Positions 8,712-19,157 of a stretch of DNA of 34,435 nucleotides are shown in pieces (the first letter of the stretch is position 1; each line of letters opens with the position of its first letter). Source of the stretch: Deltaproteobacteria bacterium (GTDB lineage Bacteria > Desulfobacterota > SM23-61). Both the position numbers and the translations under genes were made by a program. The notes under the pieces were generated by a model, which was given only the letters and a program-made list of their open reading frames with translations, ran no database searches and had not been told where the DNA came from. Where the stretch lies: assembly GCA_030654105.1 (NCBI GenBank), contig JAURYC010000276.1:1-34435 (forward strand), written 5' to 3'.

Positions 8712-9713
8712 TTATGATCCGATCATAAACCCTCTGGTCTTGCCTTGATCCACGATCGCTTTAAAAACTACCAGGTTCTTCCCCACGTTCCTACCGTCTT
8801 TAATTACCTTGATGTCCCGGAGGGAATTTCCCGCTCTGACTTTGGCGGTATGGGGGTAGCGATAGGAGAAGTATTTTTTCAAAAAGGGATCTTCCATCTT
8901 CAGCAGGGTGAAGGGGTTAGAATTCTTTTTCCTCTCAGCCCTTGTGGATTCGAGTTTCAAGCGAAAGCCTTCTATGATACCCAAGGCAAAATCAGTCTGG
9001 CGATGGCGGTTTAATCCTTTGTCGTGATTGTAGGTTGTCCACTGAGAACGGATAAACTGGCGGACAAAATCATAGACATAATGGGCCAGTTTTATGTTGG
9101 GGAGGGTGCCGCTGATCTCCAAAACCCTGCCCATTTTCCCTTTTGTCGGCACATAAGCCGATACCCAGATCCCGCCCACGAAATAAAAGGCCAGTAACAA
9201 ATTCGTCAGGGAATAATCTTCGGGAAAATGACGCAAGGCGGGCTGGCCTAAGAAAACGCTGGCCAAATCTCGATCTTCCTCCCGTTTCCATTTGTCGATA
9301 TTGTACTTGGCAATCAATTCGTGGGCCTTGGCCATGGCCGCGTCCGCTTCGTGCCGGTCAGGACTCTCGGCCAGGGCCAGGAGTTTTTTAACCCGCAGCA
9401 GCATTTTATCGGAAGCAGGGGATGTTTCCCGGAAAATCCGTTCATCCAAGGGCCGGTAATTTCCCGAGGCTTTGGGGTCGGCCCGAAGTAGGTGGCAGGC
9501 CAGTTGGAATTGAGGGCCGTGAGGTGGTTCGTGGTGGGCACCCAGCACTTCTTCGGCCATTTGATGGGCCATTTCATGCAGGAGGACTTCCCGCACCGCA
9601 TCCCAAGAATGGTCGAGAACAAGGGCGCGGCTCAAGGAGATCTCCCGCTTTTCTCCTGACCAATAACCCCAGCGCTTTTTCACGTCCCGGAGACTGAACA
9701 GAGGAACACGCAT
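8712..9713 (-). CDS. SprT-like zinc metalloprotease fused to DUF2786 and an unassigned C-terminal domain
   Basis: 333-aa ORF. The N-terminal SprT-like region carries HEMAH (HExxH). The central segment LLRVKKLLALAESPDRHEADAAMAKAHELIAKYNI resembles DUF2786. About 170 C-terminal residues show no motif I recognise. Confidence 0.6.
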   Translation of the reverse strand: MRVPLFSLRDVKKRWGYWSGEKREISLSRALVLDHSWDAVREVLLHEMAHQMAEEVLGAHHEPPHGPQFQLACHLLRADPKASGNYRPLDERIFRETSPASDKMLLRVKKLLALAESPDRHEADAAMAKAHELIAKYNIDKWKREEDRDLASVFLGQPALRHFPEDYSLTNLLLAFYFVGGIWVSAYVPTKGKMGRVLEISGTLPNIKLAHYVYDFVRQFIRSQWTTYNHDKGLNRHRQTDFALGIIEGFRLKLESTRAERKKNSNPFTLLKMEDPFLKKYFSYRYPHTAKVRAGNSLRDIKVIKDGRNVGKNLVVFKAIVDQGKTRGFMIGS

Positions 9714-9960
9714 CCTTTCCCGGTGGGAAGGGCTTAAAAGCCATCGGGCTTTTTCCCACTCGCAAGAAAGTCCGTGGAGAATACGCCTTTCCAGTTGCTC
9801 TTCGGTCAGTATTTTGTTTTGATCCCGTGCTGTAAAGAAGAACCTTTTTTGATGTTAGAGGATTGCTTCCTCTTCCCCCACCCCCTTGAAAAACGGATGG
9901 TGGGGGAGGGGAGATTTTCACCGTTCTTTAGCTGCGGACCCTTGCTGAGGTGATTCAAGG

Positions 9961-10458
9961 TCATTCGATGAGAGAACAGGCTGTGATCTCTCCGAAATAA
10001 AGGGTATGATAATCTTTTGCGGGGTAGATTTGCTCCAGGTCATTGGCCAGGAACCTCGGATCCATGGGGGTTTTGTAAATGATTCGGCATTGATAATGGT
10101 ATCCAGGAATCTCGAGAAGTGGAGAACTTACTTTTTTCGATTTTATAGTTCCGAAATGGCACTCTTTGAATTTATCAAAATTCTTCCCTGACTTGGATCC
10201 GCAGAAATTGATTTCTTTTTGCATATTTCCGGTCGGAATGCTTACCGAAAAACTATCGGCTTCTTCAATAATGCCATAAGTAAAGCGACTATTCCTGACC
10301 GCGACCAGCATGGTGGATCTTCGCCATATATACCCGAACATAGCCCAGCCGATCGTCATCACGTTTTTACGATCATGCGCCTGAACGACCAAAAAAGCTC
10401 CTTCCTGGATCCGTTTCATATTCATCTGGGCTACTTCCTGTTCCTGCACGTCCTTCAT
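9961..10458 (-). CDS. Flavin reductase-like (FMN-binding split-barrel) protein
   Basis: Start trimmed to ATG 10458 (MKDVQEQE) behind an AAGGAG SD. The general shape is that of a flavin-reductase domain (VMTIGWAMFG, LVAVRNSRFTY). Confidence 0.65.
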   Translation of the reverse strand: MKDVQEQEVAQMNMKRIQEGAFLVVQAHDRKNVMTIGWAMFGYIWRRSTMLVAVRNSRFTYGIIEEADSFSVSIPTGNMQKEINFCGSKSGKNFDKFKECHFGTIKSKKVSSPLLEIPGYHYQCRIIYKTPMDPRFLANDLEQIYPAKDYHTLYFGEITACSLIE

Positions 10459-10576
10459 GGGTTTTTCTCCTTTCGTTCCTTGAATCGCGTTCCTTATCCC
10501 ATTGATGAGAATAGACGCCTGACGGATGGTTGTCAAGTTTTTCTGGAGAAGTTTTGCAGGCCTATGTGGTTTCATA

Positions 10577-10605
10577 TTGAAACAGGTAATTTAGGGTGGT
10601 ATATT
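10577..10605 (+). promoter_or_regulatory. Sigma70-like promoter for trmO
   Basis: TTGAAA (10577-10582), a 17-nt spacer, then TATATT (10600-10605). Confidence 0.4.
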
Positions 10606-10646
10606 TAACCAGAAGAGAAGAAAATATTCAAAATAGGGAGAAAAGT

Positions 10647-11126
10647 GTGGAAAGGATTGGGCGTTTGAAGACCATTACCCTAAAGCCCATCGGAAAAGTG
10701 AAGAACTCTGTGCGCAAGATGAGGCGGGAAGGATGGGAATCGGTGGTGTCGGAAATCATCCTCGAACCGAAGTATGAAGAGGCGCTGGAGGGAGTGGAAG
10801 AATACTCTCATCTCCTGATCCTTTTCTGGTTGAGTCGACTGCGCAAGCCTGCGAGGGAATTGAAAAAGATTCATCCCAAATCGCGCCAGGACCTTCCCCT
10901 GGTTGGAATCTTCTCCACCCGCACCCAGTACCGTCCCAATCCCATCGGTCTGACCCAGGTGAAGTTAGTGGGGCGCAAAAAGAATATACTTCGGGTCCAA
11001 GGGTTGGATGCGGTGGATGGCACTCCCGTGCTTGATATCAAACCCTTATCTCCTCGTGACGAATGTCCCTCCAAGGTCCGGGTACCCGCATGGTATCATC
11101 GCTTGTGGGCAGAGCCAAAAATTTAA
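10647..11126 (+). CDS. trmO: tRNA m6t6A37 methyltransferase TrmO/TsaA (YaeB/UPF0066 family)
   Basis: GTG start at 10647 behind AGGGAG. The conserved stretch RPNPIGLTQVKLVGRKKNILRVQGLDAVDGTPVLDIKP is present. Confidence 0.75.
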   Translation: MERIGRLKTITLKPIGKVKNSVRKMRREGWESVVSEIILEPKYEEALEGVEEYSHLLILFWLSRLRKPARELKKIHPKSRQDLPLVGIFSTRTQYRPNPIGLTQVKLVGRKKNILRVQGLDAVDGTPVLDIKPLSPRDECPSKVRVPAWYHRLWAEPKI

Positions 11127-11183
11127 GGGTTCTTTACACCATGATTCCTTGCGGCCGACTGATGCCAATCATGGGATGGGTAA

Positions 11184-12512
<1,329 letters not shown>

Positions 12513-12538
12513 TAATAGAGGGAGAAAAGGGGATTTTT

Positions 12539-12784
12539 ATGAAAAAATGGGAATACCAGATTACCCGTTACCAGCTGCAGAATTTGACGCAGGGAGAAGA
12601 AATCCGGGAGGCAGCGTTTTATTGTGATAGCAAAGGACAGTGCCTCCTTCATGACACAACGAAGGAAACAGCGGACATCATCCGGGATGTCTTTAACGAA
12701 GAAGGGAAGAAAGGATGGGAACTGGTTCAATTTGGGTACCATCTGGGGGAGATCTTATGTGTGTGGAAACGATTGGCGGAATGA
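12539..12784 (+). CDS. Small DUF4177-like protein
   Basis: 81-aa ORF with a good SD (GGGAGA). It begins MKKWEYQI and has GWELVQF near the C-terminus, as typical DUF4177 proteins do. Confidence 0.5.
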   Translation: MKKWEYQITRYQLQNLTQGEEIREAAFYCDSKGQCLLHDTTKETADIIRDVFNEEGKKGWELVQFGYHLGEILCVWKRLAE

Positions 12785-12809
12785 AGGGGAAAAAGCTGGA
12801 GAAGGCAGT

Positions 12810-13523
12810 TTGAAGAGAATTTTCGTCATCGTTTTCCTCGTCGGCTCAATCGGCGGTATCATCGCCGGGTTGGTGTATCTTTTTGTCCATTGGCCCCAGA
12901 ATTGGGCTTTTATGAACGGGATGGCCTTTCACGGAAACATCGGCCGCCTCAAAACCTTTATTCTGTCTTTTGGCTTTTGGGCGCCGCTGATTTCCGCCTT
13001 TTTGATGATCTCTCAATCCGTAATCCTTTTCCTCCCTGCCTTTCCCATCTTCGTGGTGAACGCCTTAGCTTTCGGACCCATTTGGGGAACTCTTTTGTCC
13101 TGGAGCAGCGCGGTCTTAGGGTCGATCATCTGTTTCGGTATCGCGAAAACCCTGGGCCGGCCGGTCGTTCAACGCCTGGTGAATAAAGTGCACCTGGAAG
13201 CGGCGGACGCCACCCTGAAACGGTATGAAAAATATATCATCCTTCTTTTCGGTTTCCTCCCGGTGATTTCTTTCGATGTGATCAGTTACGCCGCGGGCCT
13301 AACGATCTTGGCCTACTGGGAGTTCATTCCGTTGGTTTGCATCGCGCAGGTTCCCAGTGCCCTGTTTTATTCTCTTTTAGTGAATAAGATCGATAGAGGA
13401 ACTCTGGATGCCTATTGGATAATCGCCGCCAGCCTTTTCTTCCTGGTAGGTATCGGAAGCTTGGCCTTCCGGGCTTTGCTCGGGCGCCGAAGGCGGAGGG
13501 CGATTCCCCATACTCCATTTTGA
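12810..13523 (+). CDS. TVP38/TMEM64 (DedA-related) family membrane protein
   Basis: Multi-TM ORF. Start set to TTG 12810 behind GGAGAAGG to avoid a long overlap with the DUF4177 gene. The start is uncertain, and GTG 12762 is also possible. Confidence 0.65.
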   Translation: MKRIFVIVFLVGSIGGIIAGLVYLFVHWPQNWAFMNGMAFHGNIGRLKTFILSFGFWAPLISAFLMISQSVILFLPAFPIFVVNALAFGPIWGTLLSWSSAVLGSIICFGIAKTLGRPVVQRLVNKVHLEAADATLKRYEKYIILLFGFLPVISFDVISYAAGLTILAYWEFIPLVCIAQVPSALFYSLLVNKIDRGTLDAYWIIAASLFFLVGIGSLAFRALLGRRRRRAIPHTPF

Positions 13524-13573
13524 AACCCCATTCTTTCCTACGGTATATCATTCATACCAAGAAGGGAATCTTT

Positions 13574-14404
13574 ATGCCCGAGCTACCAGAAGTTGAGACC
13601 ATTGTTCGCGGACTTAGGGATAAATTAACCCACCTAAGATTTTCCAAGGTCGCAGTGAACCTAAAAAAATGTGTCCAAGAATCGCCGCGGTTTTTCGCCT
13701 CTTCCCTGGAGGGGAGAAGAATTCTCCTTGTGGAACGACGGGGGAAAAATATCATCATCCGCCTGAGCAGGGGGAAGACCTTGCTGATCCACTTGCGCAT
13801 GACGGGTAGGCTAAGGTTGGTCCCGGGGCATGCTCCCATGGAAAAGCATACGCATGTAGTTTTTTCCTTTAGAGGCCACCCTTGGCAGCTTCGTTTCCTG
13901 GATTCGCGTCAATTCGGCAGGCTTTCGGTGGAGAAAAGCGGGGCGGGGGAGAACTTGGATTCGCTCGCTGATTTGGGGCCTGAACCTTTGGAAATCTCAG
14001 CGAAGGAGTTCGTCGCCCGCGTCCGTTCCCTGCGCCGGGCGATCAAACCCATGCTTCTGGACCAGCACTTCTTAGCCGGGGTGGGCAATATCTATGCGGA
14101 TGAAGCCCTGCATCGGGCGCAAATTCATCCCCGGCAGCGGGTTGAGTTGTTGGAAGAAAAAATCCTCCTCCGGCTCTACCATGCTCTGCGCCAAGTCTTG
14201 CGAGGGGCCATTCGAGCCGGCGGGACTTCCGTCCGCACCTATGTGGATGCCAACGGATCTGCGGGGGGGTTTCAAAAATTACTTCGGGTTTACGGAAGAG
14301 AGGGAGGAGCCTGCCGAAGCTGCGGCGCATCCATCCTACGGGAAAAAGTGGGCGGAAGGTCGACTTTTTATTGCCCCCGCTGCCAGCCCATCTGGCCGGT
14401 ATAA
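13574..14404 (+). CDS. mutM: Formamidopyrimidine-DNA glycosylase
   Basis: Start trimmed to ATG 13574 to give the obligatory N-terminus MPELPEVET. The C-terminal zinc finger CRSCGASILREKVGGRSTFYCPRCQ is present. Confidence 0.9.
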   Translation: MPELPEVETIVRGLRDKLTHLRFSKVAVNLKKCVQESPRFFASSLEGRRILLVERRGKNIIIRLSRGKTLLIHLRMTGRLRLVPGHAPMEKHTHVVFSFRGHPWQLRFLDSRQFGRLSVEKSGAGENLDSLADLGPEPLEISAKEFVARVRSLRRAIKPMLLDQHFLAGVGNIYADEALHRAQIHPRQRVELLEEKILLRLYHALRQVLRGAIRAGGTSVRTYVDANGSAGGFQKLLRVYGREGGACRSCGASILREKVGGRSTFYCPRCQPIWPV

Positions 14405-14527
14405 GTTCAACAAGAGGCAGACTCAAGAAAGATCGTTCCCTATTCGGAAAATTTATTGCATAAAAACCCTCCCTCGTTTTAAAATAAATATTAGGCCAAT
14501 TCTTGACTTACCGGTGAGCGAGGGCTT

Positions 14528-15223
14528 ATGGACCGACTGCAAATTTTAAAAAAATCAATTTTCTTTTCCTCAGTTTCGGAAGCCACCCAGAAAGAAATCA
14601 GTCGGCTTTTTATGGAGGAAAAATACCAGCGGCATGACTACATCTTTTTTGAGGGCGATGGGCCGGAGTGGTTTCATATTGTCAAAGAAGGAAAGGTGAA
14701 ACTGGTCAAGCACTCGAATACCGGCAAAGATGTGATCCTGCAGGTCTTCGCTCCCGGGGATATGTTTGGGGAAGCTTCTCTCTTTGACCGCAAACCCTAT
14801 GCCACCTCTGCCCAAGCGATGGAACCTTCGATCATTCTGAAACTTTCCCGGAAAGATTTTTTATATTTTTTTGGGCGACACCCTTTTGTGGCCACGGAGA
14901 TGATCATGGAGTTGGGCCAACAACTGCGCGAAGCTCACGCCGCCATCAAAAGCCTGGCCGTGGACCGGGTGGAACAACGTATCGCCAATATTCTGCTAAA
15001 GTTAGCCGATAAATTGGGTACTCCTGCGGAGGGCGGAACGCTACTCAACCTCTCCCTGACCCGGCAGGACCTGGCCGATATGGCCGGAACAACTGTGGAG
15101 ACAACCATCCGGGTTATGAGCCGGTTCACCAAAACCAAGATTATCAAGCCTGTGAACGGAAAGATTTTCATTCTGAAGCCTGAGGTTTTACAAAAAATCT
15201 CCGAAGGGAAAGAAAGCTCTTAA
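14528..15223 (+). CDS. Crp/Fnr-family transcriptional regulator
   Basis: A cNMP-binding beta-barrel (FFEGDGPEWFHIVKEGKVKL) is followed by a C-terminal HTH (LTRQDLADMAGTTVETTIRVMSRF). No N-terminal Fnr-type Cys cluster is present. Confidence 0.85.
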   Translation: MDRLQILKKSIFFSSVSEATQKEISRLFMEEKYQRHDYIFFEGDGPEWFHIVKEGKVKLVKHSNTGKDVILQVFAPGDMFGEASLFDRKPYATSAQAMEPSIILKLSRKDFLYFFGRHPFVATEMIMELGQQLREAHAAIKSLAVDRVEQRIANILLKLADKLGTPAEGGTLLNLSLTRQDLADMAGTTVETTIRVMSRFTKTKIIKPVNGKIFILKPEVLQKISEGKESS

Positions 15224-15372
15224 CCCATCCCGCACCGCTTAAAAATTCAATCGGCAGACCGCCTTCTTATCCGTCTTTTTACAAAAAGAAGATAGTCGCA
15301 GGGTAATACTTTCTTGTTCGATCATCTAAGAAAGCCCGGATACCGGATTGCATTTTTTGGGCGATATCGATT

Positions 15373-15933
15373 ATGATGAAAAAGATGAAATCAAAGCAAT
15401 TTATATTAATCATTTCCGGTGTGCTCTTTCTCGTTTTGGCCCTGGCTTTCGGCTTATTTGATATTCCCGGAAACAAGCCTAAAAGAATCGAATGTGTCGG
15501 AGAAGATATGATGGCCCCGCCTTTCACCCTCTTGGATCTGAAAGGGGAAAAGGTAAATTTCGCAGATTTCCGGGGCAAAGTGATCCTCCTCAATTTTTGG
15601 GCAACTTGGTGCCCGCCCTGCCGGGAGGAGATCCCCTATTTCAATGAACTTTACAGCCAATATAAAAAAGACGGATTGGAGGTCATCGGAATTTCCCTGG
15701 ACCGGGGTAATCCCGTTGATGTCCAGAGATTTCTGGATAAGATGGGGGTGCAATACGTCAACCTGATGGGCAATGACGAAGTCCTGGAGGTTTTCAATAA
15801 CATTCCAGGTATGGGGCCGATTCAAGGGATCCCCATAACATTCCTGATCGACCGCAAGGGCCAGATTTGCCGGAGATTTATCGGGTTAACCCCTAAGCGG
15901 GCATTCGAGGAAGCCATCAAACCACTCTTTTAG
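15373..15933 (+). CDS. TlpA/ResA-like thiol:disulfide oxidoreductase (membrane-anchored thioredoxin fold)
   Basis: An N-terminal hydrophobic anchor is followed by the WATWCPPCREE active site. Confidence 0.8.
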   Translation: MMKKMKSKQFILIISGVLFLVLALAFGLFDIPGNKPKRIECVGEDMMAPPFTLLDLKGEKVNFADFRGKVILLNFWATWCPPCREEIPYFNELYSQYKKDGLEVIGISLDRGNPVDVQRFLDKMGVQYVNLMGNDEVLEVFNNIPGMGPIQGIPITFLIDRKGQICRRFIGLTPKRAFEEAIKPLF

Positions 15934-16082
15934 AAAAACATGATTTAGATCATTTTTCCGGTAATCCATAGTGATAGGGTAGGGCAAAGCGTTGCGGGCT
16001 GCTTTGAATTTTTCGATTGGACTGGAAAGTTTCCATTGATAAATCGTCTATTACAGATAAAATTTGTGGAGGTTTGAGGGTT

Positions 16083-16298
16083 ATGACGGAAGGGAAACGA
16101 AGGATAGACAAAGAAATGAATATAGGCGAGATTCTCGACAAGTACCCCGAAGCCCGGGAGGTTTTTCAGAAGCACTTCGGCAAAGGGTGTTTTAACTGTC
16201 CGGGTTCCCGCCTGGAGACGATTGGTTTCGGAGCCCTGATGCATAACAAGGATGCCAATGAGATTGTAGAAGAGCTTAATGCCAAAATCAAAGTTTAA
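16083..16298 (+). CDS. DUF1858 (hybrid-cluster-protein-associated redox disulfide) domain protein
   Basis: IGEILDKYPEAREVFQKHFGKGCFNCPGSRLETIGFGALMH matches the DUF1858 pattern with a CxxC. The start is uncertain (ATG 16083 behind GGAGG, or ATG 16116). Confidence 0.6.
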   Translation: MTEGKRRIDKEMNIGEILDKYPEAREVFQKHFGKGCFNCPGSRLETIGFGALMHNKDANEIVEELNAKIKV

Positions 16299-16311
16299 AG
16301 GAGGAGGGAAG

Positions 16312-16482
16312 ATGCCCCACAAAATCACGGACGATTGTATCATGTGCGGAACCTGCAAGGAAGAATGCCCGGCCGAGGCGATCAGCGAAGGGGATCCCAA
16401 ATACCAGATCAATCCTGAATTATGTACCGACTGTGCTGCCTGTGCCGATATTTGTCCGGTGGAGGCTTGCGTCCCGGAATAA
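16312..16482 (+). CDS. 2x[4Fe-4S] ferredoxin
   Basis: 56-aa ORF behind AAGGAGGAGGG. It has two CxxCxxCxxxCP motifs (CIMCGTCKEECP, CTDCAACADICP). Confidence 0.85.
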   Translation: MPHKITDDCIMCGTCKEECPAEAISEGDPKYQINPELCTDCAACADICPVEACVPE

Positions 16483-16574
16483 GAAATAGTGTCCGTGATG
16501 TGGGTCAGTGTCAGCGATTTGGAAATTATTGACACTCAAGGTTATACTGACACTGTATTTATAAGGAGATACCT

Positions 16575-16793
16575 ATGCGGGAAAAAGTGGAAAAAGCGAT
16601 CGAAGAGATCCGCCCTTTTTTGCAGGCTGACGGAGGGAATGTCGAATTAATCGATGTACAAGAAGGGGTGGTCAAGGTGAAATTGGTGGGGGCTTGCGGT
16701 TCATGTCCCATGTCTCAACTAACCTTGAAACGGGGCATAGAAGCGCGGCTCAAAGCCCAGATTCCAGAAGTCAAGGAAGTCGTGGCGGTTTAA
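16575..16793 (+). CDS. NifU C-terminal-domain (Nfu-type) Fe-S cluster carrier
   Basis: 72-aa ORF behind AAGGAG. It contains IRPFLQADGGNVELIDV and the GACGSCPMS CxxC motif. Confidence 0.8.
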   Translation: MREKVEKAIEEIRPFLQADGGNVELIDVQEGVVKVKLVGACGSCPMSQLTLKRGIEARLKAQIPEVKEVVAV

Positions 16794-16797
16794 TCAT

Positions 16798-18798
16798 TTA
16801 TAAGGTCCTTCCTACCGCCAAGCCTTCGGCTACAGCTTCCAGAGCCTTGCGCGGGGCTTTGGCGTCCCCAATCAGGTAAATCTCCGACACCCGTTCCTTG
16901 AGCCTTTCATAAAGGTCGTTTACGGCCCTGGTCCCTGTGGCAATGACGACTGTATTCCCCCGAATAAGTATTTCATTTCCTTCGCGATCGACGATCACAC
17001 CCTCGGCGGTGATTTCCTTAGCGTTAGCGTTGGTCAAGGTCTTAACGGAATGACGGGCAAGATCCTGGCGGATCGTCCAGCGGGTGCTGAGGCCAATGTC
17101 CTGTCCGATTGATTTCAGCATTTCCACTACGGTGATTTTTTTTAACCCCTGGTAGAGGAGTGAATGTAAGGTCGTAAAACTCTCTGCCTGGTTGAACATC
17201 AAAAAGTGCAAAGTGTCAGGGTGGAGTGTTCCTTTCCGGGCCAGGAAAAGGGCGGTTTCCAACCCGACGGCCCCCCCGCCGATGATGATCACTTCTTTCC
17301 CGGTGTCTACTTGCCCGGTCAGGACGTCCCAGGCCATGACTACATTGGGCCGGTCCACTCCTTTGATGTCGGGTCGGAGAGGCTCCGCGCCAGTGGCGAC
17401 GATGACCACGTCGGGTTTTTGCGCTTCAACGTCTGGGGGGGTAACCGCGGTACGGGTGTGCACGGCCACGTTCAACTTTGACAACTGCTTTTGCAGGTAG
17501 TTCACGAAGGTGAGGAATTCGTTCCTTCCGGGAGGCAGGGCCGCCAGGGAAAGCTGCCCCCCTAACTTTTCATTCTTTTCGTAAAGGCGGACCTCATGAC
17601 CCCGCAGGGCAGCGACCCGGGCGGCTTCCATGCCCGCCGGGCCCCCTCCAATCACCATGACCTTTTTTCTCCGGGTGGCTGGCTCGATGGTCAGTTTTGC
17701 CTCGGCACCCGCACGGGCGTTCACCAGGCAGGTTACAGGCTTGCGGTCGAAAATGGTATCGAAACATCCCTGGTTGCAGGCGATACAGTAATTGATTTCA
17801 TCGAGACGCCCGGCTATTGTTTTGTTCGGGAGTTCAGGGTCGGCAATTAACCCCCGGGCGAAGCCGATAAGATCGGCTTGACCATCCCGGAGGATTTGGT
17901 CGGCCAGGAGAGGATCGTTAATCCGATTGCAGGCCATAACAGGGATGGAAACCGCCTGCTTAATGCCCTGGGCTAAGTAGACGAAGCCGCCGCGGGGCAA
18001 ACCCATGGTAATCTGCGGAACGCGAGTCTCGTGCCAACCCCCGGTGACATTGATCATGTCCACCCCCGCCTTTTCCAACTCCCGGCAAAAAATTTGGGTT
18101 TCTTTGTTTTCCAACCCGCCTTCCATGAACTCATTGCCGGCGACGCGGAAAATAATCGGAAAATCCGGTCCCACCTCCTGGCGCACCTCCCGGGCCACCT
18201 CCAAGCCGAAACGCATGCAGTTTTCATATTCTCCCCCATATTCGTCTTTACGTTTATTCACCAGGGGCGAAAGAAACTGACTGATGAGGTAACCCGCCGA
18301 AGCAATCACCTCCACCGCATCGAACCCCCCGCGCTTCAGGCGTCCAGCCGCCAAGGCGTAATTCCGCTGCACTTGCTTGATTTCCGGGATGCTGAGTTCG
18401 CGCGGCGTCTCACCGGTAAATTTTGAGCGCACGGGCGAGGAAGAAATTGACTGCCGGCCGCCCATGAGCAGGGAATGGGCATAACGTCCAGCATGGTAAA
18501 GCTGGCCGGCAATCTTGGCGCCATGGGCCTGAACGGCTTTGGCCAGTTGCGAAAGACCGGGGATAAATTTATCATCGCGGACGCTGATCATATCCGCAGC
18601 CCCGCTGAATTCATCGATGGTGCAGCCTCCGATGATGATCATGGCCGCTCCCCCTTGGGCGCGCTCCCCAAAATAGGCGGTGTGGTGGGGAAGGAGCATC
18701 CCGTCCCAAGAGGGAAGAAAATGCATGGCCGACATGACAATACGGTTTTTCAGTTCCATCCGGTTGACTTTGATGGGGGTAAAGAGCATTTTTAACAT
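16798..18798 (-). CDS. 2,4-dienoyl-CoA reductase-like enzyme (OYE/FMN domain, 4Fe-4S, FAD/NAD(P) domain)
   Basis: 666-aa ORF. An N-terminal old-yellow-enzyme TIM barrel is followed by the Cys cluster YCIACNQGC...C, then Rossmann motifs VIGGGPAGMEAA and IIGGGAVGLE. Confidence 0.85.
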   Translation of the reverse strand: MLKMLFTPIKVNRMELKNRIVMSAMHFLPSWDGMLLPHHTAYFGERAQGGAAMIIIGGCTIDEFSGAADMISVRDDKFIPGLSQLAKAVQAHGAKIAGQLYHAGRYAHSLLMGGRQSISSSPVRSKFTGETPRELSIPEIKQVQRNYALAAGRLKRGGFDAVEVIASAGYLISQFLSPLVNKRKDEYGGEYENCMRFGLEVAREVRQEVGPDFPIIFRVAGNEFMEGGLENKETQIFCRELEKAGVDMINVTGGWHETRVPQITMGLPRGGFVYLAQGIKQAVSIPVMACNRINDPLLADQILRDGQADLIGFARGLIADPELPNKTIAGRLDEINYCIACNQGCFDTIFDRKPVTCLVNARAGAEAKLTIEPATRRKKVMVIGGGPAGMEAARVAALRGHEVRLYEKNEKLGGQLSLAALPPGRNEFLTFVNYLQKQLSKLNVAVHTRTAVTPPDVEAQKPDVVIVATGAEPLRPDIKGVDRPNVVMAWDVLTGQVDTGKEVIIIGGGAVGLETALFLARKGTLHPDTLHFLMFNQAESFTTLHSLLYQGLKKITVVEMLKSIGQDIGLSTRWTIRQDLARHSVKTLTNANAKEITAEGVIVDREGNEILIRGNTVVIATGTRAVNDLYERLKERVSEIYLIGDAKAPRKALEAVAEGLAVGRTL

Positions 18799-19157
18799 TT
18801 TCGACTTCTCCCACGTTTGGAAATTAAAATTTTCTGCGCAAAAAAAGGAAGATCAAACTAATATCGCGTCCCGGAAGTTCGTTTCATAATTCATAACTTA
18901 TCACAGGGGCCGAGCAGAGGACCGCTGCGCTTGCCAAAATGAGGCGCTGATTTTCCCCGGGATGGAGCGGGGCGATGACTTCCATTAATTGATAAGCAAT
19001 ATCCAATGATTACCACCCCGCTTGATCCCTGGAGGAAATAAAGTGAGTGAAAAGGATAAACTTTTTTCCCGGCCGATTTTGACGGCGCGCATCGCTCCTC
19101 CGCTCGGGCCACGTCTGACTTTGTCAAAGAATATTCGAGACGCGACACTAAGGAACG

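Noticed and set aside
9574-9921. 115-aa minus-strand ORF upstream of and overlapping the SprT-like gene
   Set aside because: It overlaps the SprT-like coding region out of frame. It is Gly/Pro/Arg-rich and low-complexity, with no SD.
12624-12809. Upstream extension of the TVP38-family ORF
   Set aside because: It would overlap most of the DUF4177 gene out of frame. The hydrophobic TVP38 core begins only after about 12810.
13415-13573. Upstream extension of the mutM ORF (track start 13415)
   Set aside because: Fpg requires an N-terminal Pro after Met removal (MPELPEVE), and the extension would overlap the preceding membrane-protein gene.
15945-16535. 196-aa minus-strand ORF
   Set aside because: It is antisense to the DUF1858 and ferredoxin genes, which have clear motifs and strong SDs. 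Its sequence is low-complexity.
18891-19148. 85-aa minus-strand ORF in the 359-bp spacer
   Set aside because: It has no SD and no recognisable motif. It is kept only as part of the non-coding spacer finding.
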